Source: Candidatus Saccharimonadota bacterium
GTDB lineage: Bacteria; Patescibacteriota; Saccharimonadia; Saccharimonadales; Saccharimonadaceae
DNA length: 64,000 nt
Reading direction: 5' to 3'
NCBI GenBank assembly: GCA_017405245.1
Contig: JAFRAU010000036.1
Location: forward strand, 5,722-69,721
The notes below the pieces were generated by a model that saw nothing but the letters and a program-made list of their open reading frames with translations, did no database searches and was not told the origin of the DNA. Position 1 is the stretch's first letter; each line of letters begins with the position of its first letter. Below, piece after piece: positions 53,339 to 62,433 of this stretch. The position numbers and the translations under genes are program-made.

Positions 53339-55210
53339 ATGAAAAAAAAGGATTTAGCTAAAAAAATGATTGATGAGGCGGAGATTGATGGGGATTTTGT
53401 GGAGCGGATGCGACACACACTATCTCATGTAATGGCTGCGGCGGTGAAGGAACTATATCCTGAGGCGAGATTTGGAATAGGTCCGGCGATTGAGAATGGA
53501 TTTTACTATGATATCGATTTTTCTGGTGCTAAAATTTCTGATAATGATCTTCTAAAAATTGAGAAAAAAATGCGAGGGATTATCCAGCGTAAATTCAAGA
53601 TGCTTAGGATTGAGACGGATAGAGAAGATGCACTAAACTGGGCTAATGATAATAAGCAACCGCTCAAAAAAGAGTTAATAGAAGAATTGCCGGAAAGCGA
53701 GACGATTTCTTTTTATGCATGTGTAACAGGCAAAGAAAAAATTGACAAGAAGAGTATAGATGAACTAGCAAAAGAGAAGAACGTGGTTTTTGTTGATTTA
53801 TGTAAGGGGCCGCATGTTGAATCGTCCGACGATATTGGGCCGTTTAAGCTGATAAGAGTGGCTGGTGCGTATTGGAGAGGAGATGAGAAAAGGGAAATGT
53901 TGACGAGGCTCTATGGTGTAGCATTTCAGACACAGGAAGAGCTGGACGAGTATTTGGCGCGTCAAGAGGAGGCAAAAGCACGCGATCATCGTAAACTTGG
54001 TAAGGAACTAGACCTCTTTACATTTTCTGATTTAGTAGGGGCTGGATTGCCACTATTTACACCAAGAGGAACGGTGCTTAGAGATGTGATGGCTAATTAT
54101 TCGCTATCGTTGAGGGCAAGAGCAGGATTTTCCAGAGTCTTTACGCCGCATATTACAAAGATTGATTTATATAAAGCGTCGGGTCACTTTGCGAAGTTTG
54201 GAGATGAGCTTTTTATGGTACACTCGCAAGTGAATGGGGAAGAATTTGCGATGAAACCGATGAACTGCCCGCATCATGCCCAGATTTTTGCGTCAAGGCC
54301 AAGGACGTATAGGGAAATGCCAGTAAGATATATGGAAGCCACCACTGATTATCGGGATGAAAAGACTGGGGAGCTAGGCGGTCTTTCCAGAGTGAGGTCG
54401 CTTACCCAGGATGACTCACATGTATTTTGTCGAAAGGAACAGATTAAAGGTGAAATTCAGCAACTAGTATCAATTATTAGAGAACTATATGAAACTGTGG
54501 GCATGAGTAAATTAAGGGCGCGTCTCTCTTATCGTAGTGACGAAGATAAGTATTTAGGAGATCCGGAACTCTGGGAGATGGCACAGGGACAGATTAAAGA
54601 GGCGGCGATTCAGAACAACCTAGATTTCTTTGAAGCTGAGGGAGAAGCAGCTTTCTATGGACCGAAGATTGATTTTATGGCGGAAGATGCAATCGGTCGC
54701 GAGCATCAGGTTGCGACGGTGCAGCTAGATTTTGTACAGCCAGAAAGATTTGGACTAGAATTTGTGAATGAAAAGGGAGAAAAAGAACGCCCCGTGATGA
54801 TTCATCATGCGACACTAGGATCTATTGAGCGGTTTCTATCGGTGTTTATTGAACATACAGCGGGTTGGTTCCCGTTTTGGGCAGCGCCGGAACAAGTGAG
54901 AATTTTAACGGTTAATGACCAGGTGCTTGATTATGTAGAGAAAATCTCGAAAGAATTATCAGAGATAGTTCTTGACAAGCCGTTAAAATATAACGAGCTT
55001 AGATTTACAAGTGATGTTTCGGCGGACAGTTTAGGGAAAAAGATTCGACGGGCGAATGAGATGAAAATACCGGTAGTGCTGATTGTCGGACCGAAAGATG
55101 TTGAAGCGAATGAAGTAAGTATTAGGATACACGACGACAAGGCTGATGGGGGAAGTAGGGAAGAGAAGGTTGCATTATCTAAACTCTCTGATTTTATAAG
55201 AGGACTTTGA
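53339..55210 (+). CDS. thrS: Threonine--tRNA ligase (no N-terminal TGS domain)
   Basis: Editing-domain HTLSHVMA, class II core (RVRSLTQDDSHVF, GPKIDF) and anticodon-binding domain. The protein starts directly in the second additional domain. Confidence 0.9.
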   Translation: MKKKDLAKKMIDEAEIDGDFVERMRHTLSHVMAAAVKELYPEARFGIGPAIENGFYYDIDFSGAKISDNDLLKIEKKMRGIIQRKFKMLRIETDREDALNWANDNKQPLKKELIEELPESETISFYACVTGKEKIDKKSIDELAKEKNVVFVDLCKGPHVESSDDIGPFKLIRVAGAYWRGDEKREMLTRLYGVAFQTQEELDEYLARQEEAKARDHRKLGKELDLFTFSDLVGAGLPLFTPRGTVLRDVMANYSLSLRARAGFSRVFTPHITKIDLYKASGHFAKFGDELFMVHSQVNGEEFAMKPMNCPHHAQIFASRPRTYREMPVRYMEATTDYRDEKTGELGGLSRVRSLTQDDSHVFCRKEQIKGEIQQLVSIIRELYETVGMSKLRARLSYRSDEDKYLGDPELWEMAQGQIKEAAIQNNLDFFEAEGEAAFYGPKIDFMAEDAIGREHQVATVQLDFVQPERFGLEFVNEKGEKERPVMIHHATLGSIERFLSVFIEHTAGWFPFWAAPEQVRILTVNDQVLDYVEKISKELSEIVLDKPLKYNELRFTSDVSADSLGKKIRRANEMKIPVVLIVGPKDVEANEVSIRIHDDKADGGSREEKVALSKLSDFIRGL

Positions 55211-56034
55211 TGCTGGCAAATCAGTCAATATTGCCGCTTGATAAAAAGGGAAAATATACTGGGCCATGTATTGTAATTGTAGGTGCAACAGGCTCTGGAA
55301 AGACAGGAATAGCGATTCAAATTGCCAAGGAGATTGGTGGAGAGATTATTTCTGCTGACTCGCGGGCGATTTATAAATTTATGGATATTGGCACGGCTAA
55401 ACCTAGTATGGAGGAAAGGGAGGGTGTTTTACATTTTGGGATAGATTTGGTAGAGCCAGGAGAGAGATTTACAGTGGCGGATTGGAAGAAAATGGCTGAA
55501 CAAAAAATTAATGAAATTAGAGGGAGAGGACATGTGCCAATCGTGGTAGGCGGGACAGGACTATATATTGACGCATTAATTTATGGCTATAAGTTTAGAG
55601 GGGCGACTGGTGAGCGTGCGATAAAAAAGAGTTGTTCAGAGGAAGTAACTAGTGAACAAATAAATTGTTCGGATAGAAAAGAGATGTTACCCAACTTTAA
55701 AATTTTTGGCATCAAATGGGAACCTGAGCAACTACGGGAGAGATTGCGTTTGAGATTGAATAAATTATTTGTTCAAGAACTCTACGATGAGACAAAATTT
55801 TTGGTAGATAAGTATGGTTGGGGAAGCCAAGCGATGAAGAGCGATATATATCAGTTTTCTTGGGGGTATTTGAATGGAGAGTATAGCTTAGAAAAAGCAA
55901 AAGAACTTAATTTTTATGATGATTGGCATTTAGCAAAACGGCAATTGACTTGGTTTTCTAGAAATAAAAAAATTGTTTGGCTGCCACTTGATAAAATTAA
56001 GTCAGCTGTGCTAAAATGTATACAAGATGGTTAA
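55207..56034 (+). CDS. miaA: tRNA dimethylallyltransferase
   Basis: P-loop GATGSGKT and SADSRAIYKFMDIGTAKP. Confidence 0.85.
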   Translation: MMLANQSILPLDKKGKYTGPCIVIVGATGSGKTGIAIQIAKEIGGEIISADSRAIYKFMDIGTAKPSMEEREGVLHFGIDLVEPGERFTVADWKKMAEQKINEIRGRGHVPIVVGGTGLYIDALIYGYKFRGATGERAIKKSCSEEVTSEQINCSDRKEMLPNFKIFGIKWEPEQLRERLRLRLNKLFVQELYDETKFLVDKYGWGSQAMKSDIYQFSWGYLNGEYSLEKAKELNFYDDWHLAKRQLTWFSRNKKIVWLPLDKIKSAVLKCIQDG

Positions 56035-56632
56035 AGAAAATGCTTCGCCGTTAGAAAAAATATTTGGCTCGAAGACAAGAGCGAAACTTTTGGGACTTTT
56101 CTTTGAAAATCCTTCAAAATCTTTTTATGTTCGAGAGATTACTAGGGTAATTGACGAACAGATTAACTCTGTAAGAAGAGAACTACTTAACCTTGATAGT
56201 ATCGGTATTATTAAGAATGAGACATATGACAATAAAATTTATTATTCAGCTAATATGAAGCATCCTTTTTCTCATGCACTTTCGGAAATGTTTTCATCGA
56301 AAGTTGTTCAAGGTTCTGACATTGGTATTAAACATAGCACTATGGAAGAATACACCAAGCCTGTAAAGAATTATCTAAAAGGTTTAATCGTGATTAATAG
56401 GCTTCCTGGGCAGGATGGGGTTGATCTTTTGATTATTGGAGACGATAAAACTAAGAAATTAACACATTGGGCTGAGGTGGTTGAGAAGAAAGCTGGTAAG
56501 CCCCTAAATTATGTAATTTTGAGTGAGGAAGATTTTACTTATAGAAAAAGCGTAAGGGATAGATTCATACTTGATGTTATGGAGATGGAGATTTCGGAGA
56601 TATATGACCCAGAAAGGATAATAAAAGGATAA
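56027..56632 (+). CDS. Winged-helix DNA-binding protein with a nucleotidyltransferase-like C-terminal half
   Basis: KTRAKLLGLFFENPSKSFYVREITRVIDEQINSVRRELLNL (wHTH). GQDGVDLLIIGD resembles a minimal NTase G-x-D-x-D motif. Confidence 0.5.
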   Translation: MVKENASPLEKIFGSKTRAKLLGLFFENPSKSFYVREITRVIDEQINSVRRELLNLDSIGIIKNETYDNKIYYSANMKHPFSHALSEMFSSKVVQGSDIGIKHSTMEEYTKPVKNYLKGLIVINRLPGQDGVDLLIIGDDKTKKLTHWAEVVEKKAGKPLNYVILSEEDFTYRKSVRDRFILDVMEMEISEIYDPERIIKG

Positions 56633-56641
56633 AGGAGGAAT

Positions 56642-57154
56642 ATGTTTGAAATAGAAAGTAAGAAACCAGAAGAAATAACGATGATTACTAAGAAAACTAC
56701 GATAATTTTTAATGTCGCACAATATACGATTGATGCAAATTTACCAGTAGGAGTGATACATGGACCGGGCGAGTTTGAGATAGGTGATGCAACAATTAGG
56801 GGTCTGGCGGTACCGGTTTCTGGCTCTTCGGCTGAGGATATTGCAGACGGGTCGGCGGATGGCAAAAGACCAAAATTATCCGGAAAAACTATCTATGACG
56901 TAGAGGTAGGAGGAGTGCATGTTGGAATTATTGGCGATATAGAAAATGGGCTAGATGACTTAGGAATGGCAGATATTCTCTGTACATCTTCCGTACGGGC
57001 GGTTCGTGAGATTGAACCAAAGCTAGTGGTGGCAATGGGTAATATTGACGGTATGGTAACAGAGTTAAAAGTAACGGCAAGAACAGAGAAAAAGTTAAAA
57101 ATTAAAAATGCGGACGCCTTGCCAGCGACGCTTGAAGTGGTGGCGCTAAACTAA
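56642..57154 (+). CDS. Hypothetical protein (170 aa)
   Basis: GGAGGA ribosome-binding site. No confident motif; distantly resembles truncated MBL-fold proteins. Confidence 0.4.
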   Translation: MFEIESKKPEEITMITKKTTIIFNVAQYTIDANLPVGVIHGPGEFEIGDATIRGLAVPVSGSSAEDIADGSADGKRPKLSGKTIYDVEVGGVHVGIIGDIENGLDDLGMADILCTSSVRAVREIEPKLVVAMGNIDGMVTELKVTARTEKKLKIKNADALPATLEVVALN

Positions 57155-57801
57155 TGCAAATAGATATTGTGGGCGTTATTGTTGTTCTAGCAGTAGTTCT
57201 AGTTTCGATGATTTTGCATGAGCTGGCACACGGTGCCACTGCATATGCTTTGGGTGATAATACGGCAAAGGACGAGGGGAGATTGTCGTTGAATCCACTA
57301 AAACACCTTGATCCGGTATTTTCTATTGCGGTGCCACTTTTAATGTATGTTATGGGAGGACCGATTTTTGGTGGAGCAAAGCCAGTACCGGTGAATTCAC
57401 GAAATTTAAAAGGTGGAGCATGGGGGATGGCATTAGTTGCAGTGGCGGGACCAATTACGAATTTCTTACTAGCGTTAGCTTCATTTTTGATTGGGTGGTG
57501 GACTGGGGTACTACGAACTGACAATGGTCTCATTACTACAATAATGGTAAATATGGTGCTAGTTAATTTAGGATTTTTCGTGTTTAATATATTGCCGATT
57601 CCGCCGCTAGATGGATCAAGAGTGTTATATGCAATTGCTCCGGATGGTGCCAGGGGATGGATGGAAAACGTAGAGAGGGCATTTGGGGTATGGATAGTTT
57701 TCATCTTGGTCGTGGTGGCTGGGTCATTTTTGTCGAAGATATTAGGGCAAATGATAAATGGCATACTTGATTTTTTCTACTTACTAGTGGGAATGCGATA
57801 G
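57154..57801 (+). CDS. Site-2 protease family (M50) zinc metalloprotease
   Basis: HELAHG zinc motif inside a TM helix. Second motif NILPIPPLDGSRV. Confidence 0.85.
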   Translation: MQIDIVGVIVVLAVVLVSMILHELAHGATAYALGDNTAKDEGRLSLNPLKHLDPVFSIAVPLLMYVMGGPIFGGAKPVPVNSRNLKGGAWGMALVAVAGPITNFLLALASFLIGWWTGVLRTDNGLITTIMVNMVLVNLGFFVFNILPIPPLDGSRVLYAIAPDGARGWMENVERAFGVWIVFILVVVAGSFLSKILGQMINGILDFFYLLVGMR

Positions 57802-57804
57802 ATT

Positions 57805-57946
57805 TGGTATAATAAGATTAGCCCTAGTGGTAAAATTTTCCTGAATAATGTTTTATAGGGATTTCGTGGCGACATTTCCGTGGAAATGCGCATAAGATTT
57901 TACCCACCTTGTCTAAAAGATAGGGAAAACAGCTACTAGGGTTAAT
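57805..57946 (+). promoter_or_regulatory. Promoter plus roughly 130-nt structured leader (riboswitch-like) of the Nudix-RNase H gene
   Basis: TGgTATAAT (57805-57813). P1: 57817-57828 pairs with 57935-57946. P2: GGTAAAAT (57829-36) pairs with ATTTTACC (57897-904). P3 hairpin: GCG-A-CATTT...AAATG-CGC (57869-91). CCCACC (57903-08) can partially pair with the GGGTGG ribosome-binding site (57955-60). Confidence 0.45.
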
Positions 57947-57963
57947 GAAATAAAGGGTGGAAG

Positions 57964-58872
57964 ATGAAGCAGAGAATTAGAGTAGTAGGTATCGTAAAAA
58001 CAGCTGACGGTGTTTTGCTTTTGAAAAAGACTAAGGGGAGAGCCGAGGAGCTACCCTCGTGGGAGTTGCCAACCGGAAAGATTAAGTTTGGTGAGCAGCC
58101 TGAGGAGGCGATGGCAAGGATTTTTGATGAATATTTAGGTATTGAAGTAACAAAAATTGAGCTGATGGATGCGATTACTTTTGTAGGACTGATAGGCTCA
58201 TCTCAGTTGGGAAATTTATTCATTATCTATAAGGTAGAGATTGATAGTGGGGCAAAATTAAATCCGACCGATATATACAGCGCTTATAAATATCTTAAAA
58301 ATGAAGAGTTTGCCGCAATTAGAATTGCGGATTCGACGATTTCGGTGCTTGAAGTGCTAGGTGAAAAGATAATGGGTGACGGTGCAAGAGTACCAAGACA
58401 AACTAGTGTCATGGAAGTGGCAGCGAGAAGTGCAGTAAATGGTGCAACGGTATACGTAGATGGGGGTAGTAAAGGGAACCCGGGGCCAGCAGCGATTGGA
58501 TATTATATTGTCTCTGAGGACGGTCGTGAGATAAAAAGGGGCGGGGAATTTATTGGTTTTGCGACATCAAGGGTGGCGGAGTATTATGCGATGAAGGAAG
58601 GATTTGAGCAGGCGATAGAGTTGGGTCTTAAACGGGTAAGGTTTATAGGTGATAATCTGATGATTATTAACCAGATGAAAGGGATTTATCCAGTAAAAAG
58701 TACAGATCTTATTCCGATTTATAAAGACATTCAGAATATGTTACCGAACTTTGAGGCGGTGGCTTTTGTTCATGTAAAGAGAGATTTAAACCAACAGGCT
58801 GATAGTGAGGCTAATAAAGCGTTACTCGGGCATTTTTCGAGAAAGTCTAATAATTTAGATCAGACATTTTAG
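57964..58872 (+). CDS. Nudix hydrolase - RNase HI-like fusion protein
   Basis: N-terminus has the Nudix box GKIKFGEQPEEAMARIFDEYLGIE. C-terminus has VYVDGGSKGNPGPAAIGY...AEYYAMKEG...GDNLMIINQ...DLNQQADSEANKA, the RNase H-type DEDD pattern. Confidence 0.7.
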   Translation: MKQRIRVVGIVKTADGVLLLKKTKGRAEELPSWELPTGKIKFGEQPEEAMARIFDEYLGIEVTKIELMDAITFVGLIGSSQLGNLFIIYKVEIDSGAKLNPTDIYSAYKYLKNEEFAAIRIADSTISVLEVLGEKIMGDGARVPRQTSVMEVAARSAVNGATVYVDGGSKGNPGPAAIGYYIVSEDGREIKRGGEFIGFATSRVAEYYAMKEGFEQAIELGLKRVRFIGDNLMIINQMKGIYPVKSTDLIPIYKDIQNMLPNFEAVAFVHVKRDLNQQADSEANKALLGHFSRKSNNLDQTF

Positions 58873-58936
58873 AACGGATAAGCCTCTTGATATATAAGGA
58901 ATGTAGCAGATAAAATACCGAATATGATATAATATA

Positions 58937-59259
58937 GGTAGCTCGAAGGTAATCGCTGGCAAATAGTCAGAGGAAAGTCCGGGCAGCACAGAACACGATA
59001 GTCGCTAACAGCGACCGCACGCAAGTGTAGGGAAAGTGCCACAGAAACTAAACCGCTGAAAAGTAAGGGTGAAAAGAGTGAGGTAAGAGCTCACAGCATT
59101 AGGTGGTGACATCTAATGGGGGCAAACCCTATCGGCTGCAAGGAGTGCTACGAACCTTTGTTCGAGGATGCACGCTCACCGCTTGAACATTAGAGCAATC
59201 TAATGTCTAGATAGATGATTACCCGTCTTTTAGACGACAGAACCCGGCTTATAAGAGAC
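58937..59259 (+). ncRNA. rnpB: RNase P RNA (bacterial type A)
   Basis: GAGGAAAGTCCGGGC (P4 5' strand), GGTAAGAGCTCAC and ACAGAACCCGGCTTA (P4 3' strand). P2 is GGTAATC/GATTACC. TATAAT at 58928-58933. Ends are approximate. Confidence 0.85.
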
Positions 59260-59287
59260 AAAAAATCAGGTATTTACCTGATTTTTT
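59260..59287. terminator. Bidirectional terminator between rnpB and rpmB
   Basis: AAAAAATCAGGTA-ttt-ACCTGATTTTTT. Confidence 0.8.
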
Positions 59288-59301
59288 GTGTAAGTTAAGA
59301 C

Positions 59302-59493
59302 TTATTTAACAAGACCTTTTTTCTTCAACGTGCGAAGAGTGGAGGTCGCGACATTAACTTTGACTTTTTTCCCGTCTACTGTGAGGGTTTTCTTTTGAAC
59401 ATTAGGCTTGAAGACCTTGCGAGTCTTTCTTTGAGAGAAAGAAACATTGTGGCCATACATTTTACCTTTGCCGGAAATTTCACAAACTGCCAT
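59302..59493 (-). CDS. rpmB: 50S ribosomal protein L28
   Basis: [40 protein letters not shown] overlap with rplT. Confidence 0.9.
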   Translation of the reverse strand: MAVCEISGKGKMYGHNVSFSQRKTRKVFKPNVQKKTLTVDGKKVKVNVATSTLRTLKKKGLVK

Positions 59494-59840
59494 TATTTCT
59501 CCTTTACGGTGTTAACGATTGCTTCAAAAGCTTTTTTGTCGTTTACGGCAAGATCGGCAAGAATTTTACGATCAAGTGTAATATTCTTGGTTTTCATACC
59601 AGCAATTAGCTGAGAATAGGAAATACCTAACTCTCTGGAAGCGTTGTTGATACGAGTGATCCACAGGGAACGAAGGTCGCGTTTTTTATTGCGACGATCA
59701 CGATAGCTGTAACGTAGGGCTTTAATAACGCCTTGTTTGGCCAAGCGATAGCTTCTAGTGCGATAATGCTGCATCCCCTTGGCTTTATCTAAAATCTTCT
59801 TGTGCTTTGCGTGGGCAGGCACACCTCTTTTAACTCTCAT
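59493..59840 (-). CDS. rplT: 50S ribosomal protein L20
   Basis: [22 protein letters not shown]...[21 protein letters not shown]. Confidence 0.9.
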   Translation of the reverse strand: MRVKRGVPAHAKHKKILDKAKGMQHYRTRSYRLAKQGVIKALRYSYRDRRNKKRDLRSLWITRINNASRELGISYSQLIAGMKTKNITLDRKILADLAVNDKKAFEAIVNTVKEK

Positions 59841-59841
59841 C

Positions 59842-60036
59842 TTATACTCCTAGCGCGGTTTTAATGTTTCTTCTAATTTTACCGTTGATAGTAGCAGCGG
59901 TTTTCATATTGCGCTTTCTAGCTTTCGACTTTTTAGCTAGGATGTGGTTTTTATAAGCGCGTTCTCTGACGAGCTTACCGGAACCAGTAATCTTGATACG
60001 CTTAGCGGTTCCTTTATGTGTTTTTAGCTTAGGCAT
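59842..60036 (-). CDS. rpmI: 50S ribosomal protein L35
   Basis: [22 protein letters not shown]. Confidence 0.9.
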   Translation of the reverse strand: MPKLKTHKGTAKRIKITGSGKLVRERAYKNHILAKKSKARKRNMKTAATINGKIRRNIKTALGV

Positions 60037-60141
60037 AAAAACTCCTTAGGTTTATTAATAATAGTTGAGCATATATGATTTGCCATGCGTAGACAAGTAT
60101 ATATGCATAATGTGCACTATCCTGAACCGTGGAAGTCTAAG

Positions 60142-60663
60142 TTACTTCTTCCGAATCCCGATGGATAGATTGCGTCCGGAAAATTGTGGCTTGCCATCAA
60201 CGATGGCGACATCACTGAGAAGTTCGAGAACTCTTTCTAAAAGTTCCTCGCCAATTTCTTTGTGAGCCATTTCGCGACCACGGAAGATAATCATAATTTT
60301 GACTCGGTCTCCGTCTTCGAGAAAGCCTTTAATTTTACGGATTTTAATATTAAGGTCGTTATCGCTGATTTTGAGGCCAATCTTCATTTGTTTTAGCTCT
60401 GATTGTTTTTCGCGAGCTTTCTTACGATTCTTAGCCTGCTCTTTCATCATTTGATATTGATATTTGCCCCAGTCGATGATTTTAACGACCGGAGGGTTGG
60501 CACTTGGAGCGATTTCTACGAGGTCAACTCCTTGGTTGCGGGCAAGAAGTTGAGCATCGCGGCTGCTCATGATGCCGATTTGCTCCCCTTGACTGCCTAT
60601 TACACGGACTTTTTCATGGCGAATTTCGCCGTTAATACGAGTGCGTGAAGTATTGTTAGCTAT
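60142..60663 (-). CDS. infC: Translation initiation factor IF-3, probable non-canonical ATA (or ATC) start
   Basis: The tracked ORF starts at an internal Met (60570). The frame stays open upstream and encodes ANNTSRTRINGEIRHEKVRVIGSQGEQIGIM, the conserved IF-3 N-terminal domain. GAAAGGA ribosome-binding site lies 5 nt before ATA at 60663. Confidence 0.75.
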   Translation of the reverse strand: MANNTSRTRINGEIRHEKVRVIGSQGEQIGIMSSRDAQLLARNQGVDLVEIAPSANPPVVKIIDWGKYQYQMMKEQAKNRKKAREKQSELKQMKIGLKISDNDLNIKIRKIKGFLEDGDRVKIMIIFRGREMAHKEIGEELLERVLELLSDVAIVDGKPQFSGRNLSIGIRKK

Positions 60664-60695
60664 GGGGATCCTTTCTATTAACCTTAATCCTTTAC

Positions 60696-60724
60696 ATTAT
60701 AGCAAATTTTGGAGAAAGATTCAA
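60696..60724 (-). promoter_or_regulatory. infC-rpmI-rplT-rpmB operon promoter
   Basis: Minus strand: TTGAAT, 17-nt spacer, TGcTATAAT. Confidence 0.65.
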
Positions 60725-60734
60725 GGGGTAAACC

Positions 60735-62270
60735 CTAGATTTTCTTTGAGATTTTTTGTCGTAAGCTAAGTGCTTCTGCTAGATGTGCCGGCAAAATTTT
60801 ATCTGTTTTTTCGAGATCGGCGATAGTGCGGGCGACTTTAATGATTTTGAAGTAGCTACGAGCAGAGATATCAAGTCGCGTGGCGGCGCTATCTAGTAAG
60901 TTTTTGGATTCTTTTGTAAGGTAAAACTTATTTACGATGTCGGTAGTTGTGGCCGACGAATTATATACGGTTTGACTGCTAAAACGCTGACGCTGAATGT
61001 TTATTGCATCTGTTATAGTATTTTTTACAACATTGTGAGTGTGTGTTCGCGATTGGCTACTTGGGTTTGAGGAGAGGATGGAAGAAGCGTCGATTCTACC
61101 AACTTCTACGAAAAGATCAATACGGTCCAGGAGTGGACCGGAGAGTTTTTTCTGATAGTTTGCGATCATGGTTTCGGTACAGGTGCAAGGATGAGTTGGA
61201 TCTCCGAGATAGCCACAAGGACAGGGGTTCATAGTCGCAATTAACATGAAATCTGCCGGAAAGATGGTGCGCGTTTTAGCGCGAGAAATAGTGATTTTTC
61301 GGTCTTCCAGTGGTTGACGCAAGGCTTCGAGATGAGGACGAGGATATTCCGGGAGTTCATCTAAGAAAAGTACACCGAGGTGGGCTAATGAGATTTCTCC
61401 GGGCGCAACAATGCTTCCGCCGCCAGTCAGTGAGATAAGGCTGCTGGTGTGGTGCGGGGTGCGGAATGGCCGGATGGTTACTATTTGGTCGGTGAGGCCA
61501 GTTAGGGAATGAAGCTTGGTGATAGATATTTGTTCAGCGACGGACAGCGGAGGAAGTAAGTTTAACCCTGCTTTTGCCAAGGTGGTTTTTCCAGTGCCTG
61601 GTGGACCTGACAAAAGGATATTATGACGTCCTGCAATAGCAATTTCAATGGCGCGCTTGCCAAGATCTTGACCACTAATGTCGTCAAAAGTAGGGAAGGC
61701 GGGACTTATCGTATCTGATTTTGTATTTTTTACAACGCTTTCAGAGGGTCGTAATTTAAGTTGGCCTTTAAGATGGAGAAAGATGTCAGTTAGATTTTTA
61801 GCAGGGAAAAGGGCGATTCCGGAGATAATTTGCGCTTGAATAAAATTTTTATCCGGGATGAAGAGAGAGGTTACGCCAAGCTTTTTGGCTACTTCGACGA
61901 TGTTGATGATACCACGGACTGGACGCAAACTGCCATCAAGAGATAATTCACCTACAAAAGCAGCCCCGGTTACGTCTTCCTGTCGAAGCTGCTCTGACAA
62001 TATTAGGATATTAATGGCAATTGATAAATCTAAAAAGGTGCCGTCTTTTTCAAGATCGGCGGGAGCGAGATTAATAGTAAGTTTTTGGTCAGGGAAGGAG
62101 AAACCACAGCTTTTAATAGCTGCTTTAACGCGTTCACGGGCCTCTGAGACGGTTCTAGTCCCCATTCCGACAATATTAAAGCCGGGAAGACCCTTGCTTT
62201 TTGCTCCTTCGATTTCGATAGGCGTGGCAGTAAAGCCGCTTGGAATAATGGACATAGTTTTAGCAATCAT
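60735..62270 (-). CDS. comM: YifB/ComM-family Mg-chelatase-like AAA+ protein
   Basis: Lon-protease-like N-domain, Walker A GPPGTGKT, Walker B LFLDELPE. Start is uncertain: ATG at 62270 or 62255, TTG at 62306. Confidence 0.85.
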   Translation of the reverse strand: MIAKTMSIIPSGFTATPIEIEGAKSKGLPGFNIVGMGTRTVSEARERVKAAIKSCGFSFPDQKLTINLAPADLEKDGTFLDLSIAINILILSEQLRQEDVTGAAFVGELSLDGSLRPVRGIINIVEVAKKLGVTSLFIPDKNFIQAQIISGIALFPAKNLTDIFLHLKGQLKLRPSESVVKNTKSDTISPAFPTFDDISGQDLGKRAIEIAIAGRHNILLSGPPGTGKTTLAKAGLNLLPPLSVAEQISITKLHSLTGLTDQIVTIRPFRTPHHTSSLISLTGGGSIVAPGEISLAHLGVLFLDELPEYPRPHLEALRQPLEDRKITISRAKTRTIFPADFMLIATMNPCPCGYLGDPTHPCTCTETMIANYQKKLSGPLLDRIDLFVEVGRIDASSILSSNPSSQSRTHTHNVVKNTITDAINIQRQRFSSQTVYNSSATTTDIVNKFYLTKESKNLLDSAATRLDISARSYFKIIKVARTIADLEKTDKILPAHLAEALSLRQKISKKI

Positions 62271-62394
62271 AGGCTTAGGGTAGCATAGCACTTTTTTATT
62301 TTGCAAGCGTTAGCATGATACTTTTTTAGTAAATGTTGTAAAAAATACTAAAACAGGGAGAAAAATGAACGTTTTTTAGAATTTCTTTCAGGGG

Positions 62395-62423
62395 TTGTAA
62401 AGAGAAAAGGCTTGTGGTATAAT
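62395..62423 (+). promoter_or_regulatory. ssrA promoter
   Basis: TTGTAA (62395-62400), 17-nt spacer, TGgTATAAT (62415-62423). Confidence 0.65.
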
Positions 62424-62433
62424 GATAGTAGTT

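Noticed and set aside
57102-57764. 220-aa minus-strand ORF
   Set aside because: It is fully antisense to the M50 protease gene, whose plus-strand frame has the HELAHG zinc motif and TM helices. The minus-frame product is low-complexity with no ribosome-binding site.
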